Below, piece by piece: positions 33,002 to 45,900 of a stretch of DNA of 64,000 nt; positions within the stretch are counted from its first letter, which is position 1, and every line of letters starts with the position of its first letter. Both the position numbers and the translations under genes were made by a program. The notes under the pieces are model-generated. The model saw only the letters and a program-made list of their open reading frames with translations, searched no databases and was not told the origin of the DNA. Source of the stretch: Iphione sp. A-MEVVRFRX5 (Eukaryota); NCBI GenBank assembly GCA_976226885.1, contig OZ320318.1, positions 1,674,001-1,738,000 of the forward strand, given 5' to 3'.

Positions 33002-34559
33002 TTAAGAAATAAATCTCTCCAAGCAGCCATCATAGGCCTTCCTTTCATTACTTATAATTCTAACTAATATAGACCTGTAAATTTTGATTAAATATCTATT
33101 TAAAGAACATCAACTGTTAAAGGCCTTAGCCTTTAAAGAGTATATTTTTTTTTACAATCCCCTGTGCAGTGTTTTCATACCATAAAAATGTCAGCCCTAA
33201 ATGGGTTTAATTAGTTCTCAGTGTATATAGCGAAGTTGCTATACATGATTCAACTCATGTGGTCATTTTTTCCACCAGAAATTGTTGCTTACTCAAACCA
33301 TCTTTGTACAACAACACTGCCAGACAAGAGATGAACATATGTAGCAATTTGCATTTGCATATTAAATTATGATTTGGGAACACTTGACTTTGCACTATAC
33401 AAGTACAACAGACCAACCGGCAACCAGCGGGGGTAACATCAAAATGAGGCTCCCGTCTGTGAGAGCAAAATGGCAGCATGCACTAAAATATTACTATCCC
33501 CGCATGCAGCAGTACATGTACATGGTTTGCAACACTTCTGCTTCTATGTCAAAGGGCTGTCAGAGCTGATTTGATGTGTATTTAAACTATAACAATTAAA
33601 TGTTATCTCTACTTCATTTATCAATCAATTAACAAAAAAAAAATACTTAAGAAAATCAAAATCCTCTCTAAAGTTATGTATTTTGCTAAAATACTATAGA
33701 AGTGAAGAATAGGTGATAAAGGCAGTCTCACCTATTTCTTTATTGTAATTTTCTCAAATAAAATAAAACCTCGTTCCAAGTATGCAAACTTTTCACTCAA
33801 AAGGTTACCATTATCCAGAGGCTTTAGGTGCAATAGGAAGTAGTGCATACCATGTGTAGCTGCACACTGGCAGCAGTACTAAATAGGCAAATTGTGTCAT
33901 TTTGACCTCATTCCTGCCGGTCAATTCTGTCCTGTGGTGTTTAATTCACTGACGTTATACATTAATTAATGCCCCTTTCCTTCACAATTCCGTTTATGAG
34001 AAAATTACCTTTAATATTACGCTTGCATGTGAGTTGCCTTTTTTTTTCCATGACTGTGAGTTACCTATTTTTTTGCATATGAGTTACCATTTTTTTTTAT
34101 GAATTATTTTGGTTTTGCACTGGGAAGACTACAAATTGGATGCACCTTAAAAACTTATGTTGATATCTTGAGTAACTTATTCTCAGCACAGAAAGATCCT
34201 ACCTCGACTACCAAAGAACCTCTCTATACATGTATTTACAAACTCAGATAATAACTCTTTAATAATTCACAAACTCATCTCTATGGCTGCACAAGACAAA
34301 CCATACCACGTGAACATCCAGGAGGAAAAAGAAAGGGATGATTCAATGAACAAAGTCGGGTATCACAAGTGGAATTGCTTTATATATCGTAATTACATGA
34401 ACCAGGGAGCGAAGGGAGGCCGCTCTGCAGGGAACCGGCATCAAATTTATCTTACATGCATGTACAGCATTAAAGTGTTGGTTAACTGACCGATCGCACA
34501 TTTCCTAGTGACCTGTGAAAAAGTGGCAGAACTTATTATCGTTATTGATGACGTACTTT

Positions 34560-35140
34560 CAAACTGCCCCATGACCACAGCATTGACTGTTGTAAGTTAG
34601 TGTAAAAGGATGCATCCTTGATCACTGTTTCTCCAAGTCTCACACAGAGACATGCGATTGATGAATTAGGAAGCTTAAAAACTGCCCCACAACTGCTGCA
34701 TTAACTGTTGTAAGTTAAAATGTAAAAGGATGCATCCTTGATCACTGTTTCTCCAAGTGTCGCACAGAGACATGCGATTGATGAATTAGGAAGCTTCAAA
34801 CTGCCCCACAACTGCTGCATTAACTGTTGTTAAGTTGAAGTGTAAAAGGATGCATCCTTGATCACTGTTTCTCCAAGTGTCACACAGAGACATGCGATTG
34901 ATGAATTAGGAAGCTTCAAACTGCCCCACAACTGCTGCATTAACTGTTGTTAAGTTGAAGTGTAAAAGGATGCATCCTTGATAACTGTTTCCGTGAGTGT
35001 TGTAGAGACCTAAGATCAATGAATTAGGAAGCTTTTGAACTTCCCCATGACTGTTGGATTAACTGTTGTACAAGTGTAAAAGGATGCATTCTTGATAACT
35101 GTTTCTCCGAGTGTCGCATGGAGATGTGCAATTGGTGAAT
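34560..35140. repeat. ~119-bp tandem repeat, ~5 copies
   Basis: AAACTGCCCC...GTGTAAAAGGATGCATCCTTGAT recurs. Confidence 0.9.
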
Positions 35141-36665
35141 CAGGGAGCTGTGAGCTGCAAAAGAAGTGAGAGACCAACCGAAGTCAATTCTTTCTATTTT
35201 TCAAAACATGAAAACCTGCCACTGCAGAAAACTTTACATTAACTCATTACTTATTCATTACTGGTCAGCATAGCCCGGTGGGTGGGGGCACAGGGCGGCA
35301 GGGGTGCGGGTGGTTGAACATTTCATGGTCGACTTGGAAGTCATTGCAGACAGGGTAATCAATTTTCTTTCAATATTTTTGACATGGATACAACCATAGG
35401 TTTCACACCTGATTCTGGCTCGTTCAATCTCCACCAGATGGTGCTGGTACTGCATACCGTGCGCATGCGTCGATCACCACCAGCCAATGGAAGTGTGCGG
35501 CGTGGTGGCAGCAGCCATGTGGACATTTCAAGGATGGCTTGATATGTGCCGACAATGGTTGAACAGGGAATTAAACACACACACACACACACGTACGTAT
35601 ATATATTACAAGAGCATCAATACACACACACACATACATACATACACACATACATACATACATAAGGTGTGTGCTGTATATCATATATACACACAGCGAC
35701 TACAAGCAGCACAGGGAAAACCAAGGCAATTCATCAACATTTTTATGACCTTTACACGCACTGGGCTTTAAGTTCCTCACTTTCAGTTTCCAAAGTGGAA
35801 ACCAGAAATCAATGGAAATTATCATTTTTTCTATAAAAAAAATCTAACATTCGGCAGCATACATTTCGACAGCTCATGATTCGTTAAAGGAAAAGTAGGT
35901 ATGAAATAAAATATTATTTCTAATGGTGTCATAACATGCAAGAATATGGAAATGCTTCAAGTCGTGGCACATGTGAACGCTGACCCTTTATGCCCATATA
36001 AGGTAATAAAAGTCGTTAAGGAAAACAGAGGGTTGGGCGTCCTGGGTCATTGCTCCTACATCACCAGACCGCGAAATCTCGGCCACGTCCTCCTCTCTCC
36101 TCCCAGTCCCTTCCACGGAGGTGGGGTCGCTGGGCGGCTCAACAAGGGGTTACAACACCATCTCTCTGTGTATAGCTTCATGTCAAAGTGCGAGAATGGC
36201 ACGAAACAGCCCATTCTCATTGGCTGGAGGCCCGTTGCAAGTCAAAAAGGAAAAAATAAACCACAAAAACCCATTGTGTTGTAACGGGCTGGTCCAGCGA
36301 TGCGTCAATTCTAGCTTCCTAGTCGTTACTGCCCGGTCTATAAAGACCAGGGGGAGTCCATTGTCCACCTTTTCGAGAAATCCATTCGTCGTGACACGTA
36401 CATCATGATATATCACCTAAAGAGTTTGTCAACATCTCAGACTTCCTTGCCATTGTAGCTCGTCATATATAATACATATCATACCTATATATAATACATA
36501 TCATATATATATATATAGTTTATATATATACACACCGCAGGTGCCATGCTGGAGAAACACCCCCAACAGCTCCCCCCACCTGTTTCCATGGGGGCGTGGG
36601 GGGGCGTGGCGGGGGGGTTACATATTTTACTCTCTAGATGACACCCTAAGGACTGGAGGCCAGTC

Positions 36666-36935
36666 TCAGTCATATTCATCTATGGTGTCGAACTGGTCGC
36701 TCTCTTGGGACGGTTGTCGCGCTGCTGAGGTAGAGGATGAGGAGGACGAGGAGGAGGACGAGGATGTGGATGGGTTGTTCGGGTTGTGGGACATGGATGT
36801 GGCTGATGGGTGTGCGGCCCGCCTTAATTCTGATTCCAGGAATTCTGTGTTCGGGATGCCGGGGTCTCCTGCCGCTGGACCCGACGTCGTGTCTTGACCT
36901 TCCAGGTTCTTCCGGCACACAGGACACGTCCCGTG
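36666..36935 (-). CDS. RNF115/126-like exon 9 (HGTCPVCRK...stop)
   Basis: ttgcag| acceptor, TGA at 36666-36668. Confidence 0.92.
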   Translation of the reverse strand, partial: HGTCPVCRKNLEGQDTTSGPAAGDPGIPNTEFLESELRRAAHPSATSMSHNPNNPSTSSSSSSSSSSSTSAARQPSQESDQFDTIDEYD

Positions 36936-39900
36936 CTGCAAATACACACCACTAGCTGAGTCAAGTACACAAAGCTTACATGTTAACACAGGATAGACCT
37001 AAATCAAGATGAACTGAAGGTAAAATCTCCGAGGAATGATCGGAGCCTGAATTATGTGTGGAAGGAGAGGGCTTCCAGTTTAAAAGGGTCGTATGAGCTA
37101 AGAGCTATCCAGCTTGTTTCAAATCAGGGTTAAACCAAGTACTCAAATCGATGATTTGATACATAAGTACAGGGACTCCATAGCCGTCAGTAACTAGAGG
37201 GTTTCATCCAACTGAATCAACCTTAACCAGCAGCCTACCAGTTCTAGCTAGGGCACGATACAGTCCGTGTGATAGTGGTGATTGCAAAGAAGGTAGTGCA
37301 CAGATTCATGTTACGTGAAAACTTCCATAAACACACTGCATTGTAAAGCTTTATCTGTGAAATAATCAACCTTAACCAGCAGCCTACCAGTTCTAGCCAG
37401 GGCACGATACAGTCCGTGTGATAGTGGTGATTGCAGGGGAGGCAGCGCACGGATTCATCTAACTTGAAATCTTCCATACACACACTGCACTGTAAAGCTT
37501 TATCTGTGAAATAAACAATAACGGTATGATCACTCAGTAATAAGTAGTGGCAGCGCAAGGTTGCAATAATCTCATGAGAGATTGTCGACATACACACTTC
37601 ACTGTAAAGCTTTTTAAATGCTAAAACTGTGTGATGGCTCCATAAGATGCAACCTAAGGCCAGATTTAGTTAATGATTTTTGTTCTCCCAAGCATCCCCA
37701 CCCCGCCCCACGCTGGAACCCAGTCTTACACTGCAGTACATTCTCTGGATCTGTATTCACACACATCCAGCAAACGTCGAGCTGCTATTTCTGCCAGGGC
37801 TCTCTATCTCTCTCTCCTGAGTCATCCACATACCTACTTGTTCCTTGGTTATCTTCGTCGTGGGAAGTTTCTGAATGTTTTCCTTCGAGGCAGGTGGTGG
37901 TCCAGTGCCGTCGAACTGGTTCAATAACTGTGGGATATAAAAGAAAGGAATGACTCCCTCCGAGCCTACCCTGACCACTGTCTTAGCACACTGATGACCC
38001 TAACACTGCGGTTGCTTGCAAACCTCAACTGATTATAGGAGGCGTAACTGGTTCTTTTTCCCACTCTATCAGTAGCACATCTCACCCTTGTCTTATCTCA
38101 TTTAGGTTTGGATTTAAAAAAACACTCACGTATAAGCTAGTGTCTCTTCCATGTACTTTGGTATGGAGGCGCAAGTGTTGGACATTCATAGACGTAGTTG
38201 GCTTGGCAAGCAGGATACCCTGTTAGTGTGTGACTGAACTATATGCAGGTTTTTTATACTTAAGTAATCCTATGTCTACTCGTACCTGTGAAGTCATGGT
38301 GTCCAAACTGCCTGCACCCCACACGTAATATCCTGGGTTTCCATATAAATTTAACACATAGTACCCCTGAAAGAGGGGCAGTAATCCTATGTCTATTCTC
38401 ACCTGTGAGATAATGGAGTCCAAACCGCCTGCACCCCACACGTAATATCCTGGGTTTCCATATAAATTTAACACATAGTACCCCTGAAAGAGGGGCAGTA
38501 ATCCTATGTCTATTCTCACCTGTGAGATAATAGAGTCCAAACTGCCTGCACCCCACACGTAATATCCTGGGTTTCCATATAAATTTAACACATAGTACCC
38601 CTGAAAGAGGGGCAGTAATCCTATGTCTATTCTCACCTGTGAGATAATAGAGTCCAAACCGCCTGCACCTCACGCATAATCTCCTGGGTTTCCATATAAA
38701 TTTAACACATAATACCTCTGAAAGAGGGGCAGTAATCCTATGTCTATTCTCACCTGTGAGATAATAGAGTCCAAACCGCCTGCACCTCACGCATAATCTC
38801 CTGGGTTTCCATATAAATTTAACACATAATACCTCTGAAAGAGGGGCAGTAATCCTATGTCTATTCTCACCTGTGAGATAATGGAGTCCAAACCGCCTGC
38901 ACCCCACGCGTAATCTCCTGGGTTTCCATATAAATTCAACATAGTACCTCTGAAAGAGGGACAGGAGCATAAAGTAAGTTATTTCACACACATCTGTAAT
39001 GGTTCCCGATATCTGTGGTTAGTCTGGTCGGAGACGTGCCCCGCATGAAAACAAGCCTAAAGGCCATTCTTCAAACAATTACAAGCTGGCCGATCATAAG
39101 TAACTTAGTCGAACTCTGTAGGTAACACAAGAACGCTGAAATAACGGTCGCCGATGACATACTTTCAAACCTGCCTAGAACAACAACAATCGCTGGACAC
39201 ACAAGAACCATAACATCAAGTCCATTTACAGGGATATTTTCTGCCTTCTGTTAATGTGTTTACACAAAAAAAAGCATCCCAATGCACAGACTAAAAGAAA
39301 CTAGTTTTATATCCAATGGCACTAGTACTATAACTGTAATCAAATACTATATACTGTAATATAATATAATACTATAACATAACACCAACAACTCTGCCAG
39401 TAAGCTGCAGGCTTGTTGATCCTATCAGTGGATAAGGGCAACACGGAATGGCTGGGGGGCTGCACTGATCCTGACCACCTCGTTATCTACGACTATATTT
39501 ATCATTATGGTTATCTACTGTTTCATCGTCTACTATTTATATCAACCAATTTATTTCGTATACTTCGGACGATCAACTTACATGGGAAATGTGCCCGTCC
39601 TCCCGAAGACAGCGCCCCCTGTCAGTCCTGTGAGGAGTTGCTGAACTATACTGGAAGGTAAAGGTTAGACTGAGTACAAGCACTTAATCCTCGACAGAAA
39701 CGATTATATCACGCACTTATCATTCAACATAGTCTGCGGACTAACTCAGAAATAAACCACAATATTGGCCATCGGCATTTTCTGATTGAAAATCTACCGC
39801 AAAAAAAAAAGATTGTAACCAATTCTGGTTGATATAAAGAGAGAAAGACGTCGTTCATCAAATGACGAAAGAAACTTTCACAAAACCTAAGTGTATTGAA

Positions 39901-42900
39901 AGTGTTTCCATCTGTTATAAAATGCAATATAAAAAATATCGATTACAGTCAACTTGCATATGGAAGGCCACCTCTTGGACTGTAGAAATTAGGTGCCTTT
40001 TGCCTCCCCCATGGTCTCTCTTTGTATGGAAATGTTTGTATTGGGTACAGTTTAAATTTGGTCTCACCCCCCCCCCTTCTGATCGCTCCCGTGTTCTCTC
40101 TTTATTAGATCTGTGTAAATCTGGCCTCTCCCCCAGTCTCTCTCTTGTGTTCTCTCTTTATTAGATCTGTGTAAATCTGGCCTCTCCCCCAGTCTCTCTC
40201 TTGTGTTCTCTCTTTATTAGAACTGTGTAAATCTGGCCTCTCCCCCGGTCTCTCTCCCGTGTTCTCTCTTTATTAGAACTGTGTAAATCTGGCCTCTCCC
40301 CCAGTCTGGTCTCCCCTGCGATCTGGTCTTGTATGTGGACGTTATGATATGAAGCTGGGCTTACTTTTCAATGGCTTGGTACCGAACATGTCGCACGCCT
40401 GGCGCGCGGAACATGATCCGGTTTTGCCGGAAGGGGTACGACCGCATCGTCGGCTCATCCGCCTCTGCGTCAGGCGCCATCGGGCCGTCAGCGTCGTGTC
40501 CTTCCGCTTCCGCTGCCCGCCCGTCGTCCATGTTGGTTAGACTATCAAGGAAGGTGTGACCCCAAATCTGAACACATCAACGATAGAGAGAAAGAAAGAA
40601 GGTGTCGATGAGGTTAGGCTGGGAGAATAATATTATCTGGAAACTTGTACGGGACAAGACTGCAACGTTAAGTCATGGATAATTGCTTCCAAAGGTGCTC
40701 ATCAGCAAGCATCCTACCGTTCTAATACTACAGATAAAAACATTTCACCACCAAAACACACGGGAACATAACCACTGACAGGTGGCCACTGGACTACACA
40801 CACACACACTACCCCCCACACACACACACACCCACACCCACGTGACCTGCGTGGCTCCTACCTCTGCAAACCGCTCGGCGGGGTCCATCTCGGGCGGCTG
40901 GAGGGGCGCTGGTTGTTCTTCCGGCTCCCTGCTATTGAATAGACACAGACAACATATAAATAAACAATAATAACAATAATAGGTCGGCTAGACAAATATA
41001 TGTTATCAAGATTTGAGTCTTTTATACATAAATTCACTGATATCTCAGAAATTTAACGCAAGTTTCCTCTAAACATGCACAAATTTACATCTAGGAAACC
41101 CTATGAAACTATGCTCTGCATAATGTATAAATACATACATTCATATACATCATACATACATCCCCTTAAGTATCATGGCTAATCACTAGAAGCGACACAT
41201 CACAGCTGCCTGCACAAGCCAATCTGACAGCCGCCACTGAGAGAGGTTCCACATTCATCAACACATGTGAAATCACTGAACACGACTAAAGGCCGCACAC
41301 CGGCCACGTGTTATGTGAAGGTCATTGACAGCATGTATGAAATCACTGAACACAACATGTGAAATCGATGAACACAATTAACAGTTAACTTAAGTGCATT
41401 AACAGTGCTCTAGAGGTACAAAGGAAACTTACTCTTGCATCTCTTCTATGAATCCTGATTGACATCGTGGACACGTGTAGTCCTGAAAATACAATAATTA
41501 TTACATTAAAATTCATACTTGAAACCAACACCGGTTATTTGGTGACAGGTATGCATCATACATGAATGTAAACTCAACAGAGAAAGATGAAAAAATANNN
41601 NNNNNNNNNNNNNNNNNNNNNNNNNNNNNNNNNNNNNNNNNNNNNNNNNNNNNNNNNNNNNNNNNNNNNNNNNNNNNNNNNNNNNNNNNNNNNNNNNNNN
41701 NNNNNNNNNNNNNNNNNNNNNNNNNNNNNNNNNNNNNNNNNNNNNNNNNNNNNNNNNNNNNNNNNNNNNNNNNNNNNNNNNNNNNNNNNNNNNNNNNNNN
41801 NNNNNNNNNNNNNNNNNNNNNNNNNNNNNNNTAATGAAAGAACCATATGCTTCAAATGAAGCCAAGAGTGCAATGTAACCCACCAGTCGGACCGGAACGG
41901 GAAATGAACGGCCAACATTCGTTGGTGGTGGATGCTTGTACGGAGCTGTTACAACCACTAGCAAGCAGCACGATGGTTAAAAGCCGTTTCATGACTATAT
42001 AGGTAAAGTGGTACCTCAGTATAGGGTCTCTCAGGGGACAGGGGACACGCCATCAATGGCGCTAACATTGACAAGAACACCAGCACAATGTGGCTATACA
42101 AGGTCACATCTAGGATGAAGGACACTGCCTGAATTGGGGGCACTTTCACTGAGCAACAAGGAAGTCCATAGACTCTCTCAAGGGATAGGGGACACGCCAT
42201 TAATAATGCTTACGTTGGCTAGAGCACCATCGCAATGTGGCTATACAATGGGTGGACATAGGTTTGTCCTTTCTAAGGTCACAGGCCACTTCTGCGGGTT
42301 CAAAACTATGAAAATTCACATGCGTAAATTCATATGTAAATTTTGCCCAAACTGCATGAGCTGGAGTTAACAATTCTCGAATTTCACGAAGCGCTTTTGA
42401 CTTAGGTGGGGACAGACACATAAGGTTTGGATGCAGTTCTCAGTGGCGAAACAGCAGCTATCCTGGGCTCCTTCACAACCTCCTTCACAACTACACAATC
42501 AGTAGCAATATATTTAGCACCTCATAAAACAGAATACTGAGTGAATGATGTCACAAGTTACTTCTCCTCACCTGCTTCACATCGTGAATCGAGCTTCAAA
42601 CATGTCATGTACTTTCTGGTCTCGCAGTCTTGTCATTAGCGCCTCCTACATATTATATGTTACTCCTTCTGACATTTTGAATCAGGGTAATTGCCATTTT
42701 CTCCTCGTCTGATTTATTTTTCTTTACTATTCACTGATATGAGACGTAGGCATCATAATCTATCCACAAAATAAAACATAAAGAGACCAGAAGGTGCGAC
42801 AGATACCCAGTGACCAGTCACCAATGTACAGGTAAGATACCCAGTGACCCCCCACCTACCGACAGGTAAGATACCCAGTGACCCCTCACCTATGGACAGG

Positions 42901-45900
42901 TAAGATACCCAGTGACCCCTCACCTGCGGACAGGTAAGATACCCAGTGACCCCTAACCAATGTACATGTAAGATACCCAGTGACCCCTCACCTGCGGACA
43001 GGTAAGATACCTAGTGACCCCTCACCTGCGGACAGGTAAGATACCCAGTGACCCCTCACCTACGGACAGGTAAGATACCCAGTGACCCCTCACCTGTGGA
43101 CAGGTAAGATACCCAGTGACCCCTCACCTGCGGACAGGTAAGATACCCAGTGACCCCTCACCTGTGGACAGGTAAGATACCCAGTGACCCCCCACCTGCG
43201 GACAGGTAAGATACCCAGTGACCCCTCACCTCCGGACAGGTAAGATACCCAGTGACCCCCCACCTACGGACAGGTAAGATACCCAGTGACCCCTCACCTG
43301 TGGACAGGTAAGACATCTCCACTGACAGGCGATTGTCACCAATTTTGCTCACAACGGAGCTTTTCCATGCACGTTTCAATACTTGAAATGCTAAGAAAAC
43401 ATGTCAACTCAATAGTACAGTTGCTTCGCCCTCTGGTCCACCCATTTCCGGTACAATGATTAATAAAATATGCAGAAATATGGCCAAACGTAGCTTATTC
43501 AATGCGAAATCAATGAACATCCCAAAACAAGTACATCAGGCATCATCAAGCAGAAGGGGAGCTTGATGCTGGGGCAGAGACAGTCATGAACAACATTCAA
43601 GTAACGAAGCATTCACACCAATAGGCACTTACATACCACCTATCAAATCACAGGGAACACTGAAGGCTGGCATTTAAAAATACTCAGAAATATGGTTCAC
43701 AGGCCAGTGTGGCCGGTTTTGTTTGGAATGGACGGTGACTGTACTGTCAAGGTTTCACTGTATTAAAAAAAGCCTTTAACCTATCTGTCCATTAATATAC
43801 ATGTATATGTTGCCATTTCAGACAGACCCACAAACTAAAACATTTTTCTTGTTGAGAGCAGCCCTCCTGCAATACCTGTAAATACTTTAGTTACACATCC
43901 ACATCTAAATACTGTCGGCGGAGATTATACTGGCTCCATCTGGGACTCAGGTAGAGCCTGAACTGGCTCTGTCTGAGACTCGGGCAGAGCCTGTACTGGC
44001 TCTGTCTGGGACCAGGGCAGAGCCTGTACCGGCTCCGTCTGGGACTCAGGCAGGGCCTGTACTGGCTCTGTCTGGGACTTGGGCAGAGCCTGTACCGGCT
44101 CCATCTGGGACTCAGGCAGGGCCTGTACTGGCTCTGTCTGGGACTTGGGCAGAGCCTGTGCTGGCTCCGTCTGGGACTAGGGCAGAGCCTGTACTGGCTC
44201 CATCTGGGACTAGTGCAAAGCCTGTACTGGCTCCATCTGGGACTCGGACAGGGCCTGCACTGGATCCATCTGGGACTTGGGCAGGGCCTGTACTGGCTCC
44301 GTCTGAGACTGGGGAAGGGCCTGTACTGGCTCCATCTGGGACTCAGACGAACACTGTACTGGCTCCATCTGGGACTTGGGCGGAGCCTGTACTGGCTCCA
44401 CCCTGAGCCCAGCTGAGTTACTTAGTTCCAGGCTGAGCAAGAGGAAATGTATAAAAGTGAACATCGATGGAGTGAAACTGCATTTTGTACTTGATTGTCT
44501 CTACAATAAACATCGCATACTGACTCTAGGTATTCAAGCCTGCAGGTGTACGTGGCATCAAACAACAATACTGTGCATACATCATTGAAATAGACCCCAG
44601 CGTGGGTGTCCTACAGCCTACAGGGGTTTTGGCTGTAAGTTCTGTCATCTCATCATACTGTCATTCTCTCTGGTTCTAATATAACTAAGCCCCCCCCCCC
44701 CGCTTCCCAGGTGTACATGGCATCAAAACACTAGCAATACTGCGTGTACATCATTGGCCTGGTTCGATCTGAACTCGAACACGCTGTATATGAGATGAAA
44801 TAAATGTAAATCAATTAAAGGAGGCCTCCATCTTGGAGGGTCTCCATGAGTCTTTCTGTTGTTATTCTTCTGTTGGTTGCGTACATGTGTGCGTGAGTGA
44901 GTGTGTATGTTGTGTGTACATCTGTGCGTGCGTGAGTGATGGTGGTCGTAGTGGTTGGGTGGGCGGGGGTGGGATGTCTTTATCCCAGTATTGCATGCGG
45001 GAGGTCTGGTCGAGCTTATGGCAGGTGTCACTGTCACGTGGTGTGTAAGTTATACGGTTTCTATTCAATTACAGGAAATCCTCCCGGGGGGGGGGGGGTT
45101 CTTTGACCAAATCATGCTTGCATTTGGCACGTCTCTTTTAAGATCCAAACCAAAATTCCAACCCAATCATCTTTAAAGGCAGTTTTCAAAGGGGTGCATT
45201 ACACAAACGTTCTACTAGAAATACTCCATATAACCTATGCTACACCCAGAAGTAAGACAAGTGCTAATTCTTCTGATCTAACTGTGACTGACATCACTAT
45301 GAAAGGTTATATTATAGTCTATATTACTGAACACAAAGTCCTTTACAGATGAAATCAAGTCAGCATCCCAAACAACACTTCAACTCAGGGTAGACAAAAT
45401 ACAGTTGAACGTCCCGATTCCGGACACACTCAGTTCTGTGTGAAATTGTCCGCATTTCAGACGTGGCCGGATTATAGATCAGTTAGTACAATATGACTTG
45501 AGAGTGAATTTGCCCGAGTTTCTTCAACGTCAGGGCGAATTCACCTGAGTTTTGCCGATTTTCAAACAAACTTGCCCAAGTTTTGCTGATTTTCGGACGA
45601 ATTCACCTGAGTATTGCCGATTTTCGGACGAACTTGCCTGAGTTTCGCCGATTTTCGTACGAACTCACCTGAGTTTTCATTATAAATTTGCCTCCCTGGA
45701 GCCTAAAATTCGCACAACAACACCTCGTACACAGGGTTTATTCATGTCTACCTTTGAAAATGACTTCTGAAGCCTCCCTGCAGCCCTAAATTCACGCAAA
45801 ATCATGTACAGAGGTGTGAAAGTCTACCCTCTGAGGGTGTCAGGGGGTCTGGGAGGCCCCAAATTCGCACAATTTTACAGTTTAAACCTGTCCTTAGGCA

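Noticed and set aside
35258-36140. Possible first exons of another minus-strand gene downstream of the RNF gene
   Set aside because: Short ORFs, weak donors, no homology recognised.
38223-38991. ORFs of 144 aa and 243 aa as stand-alone genes
   Set aside because: They are by-products of the 117-bp (39-codon) exon array; the 243-aa ORF is not in the RNF reading frame.
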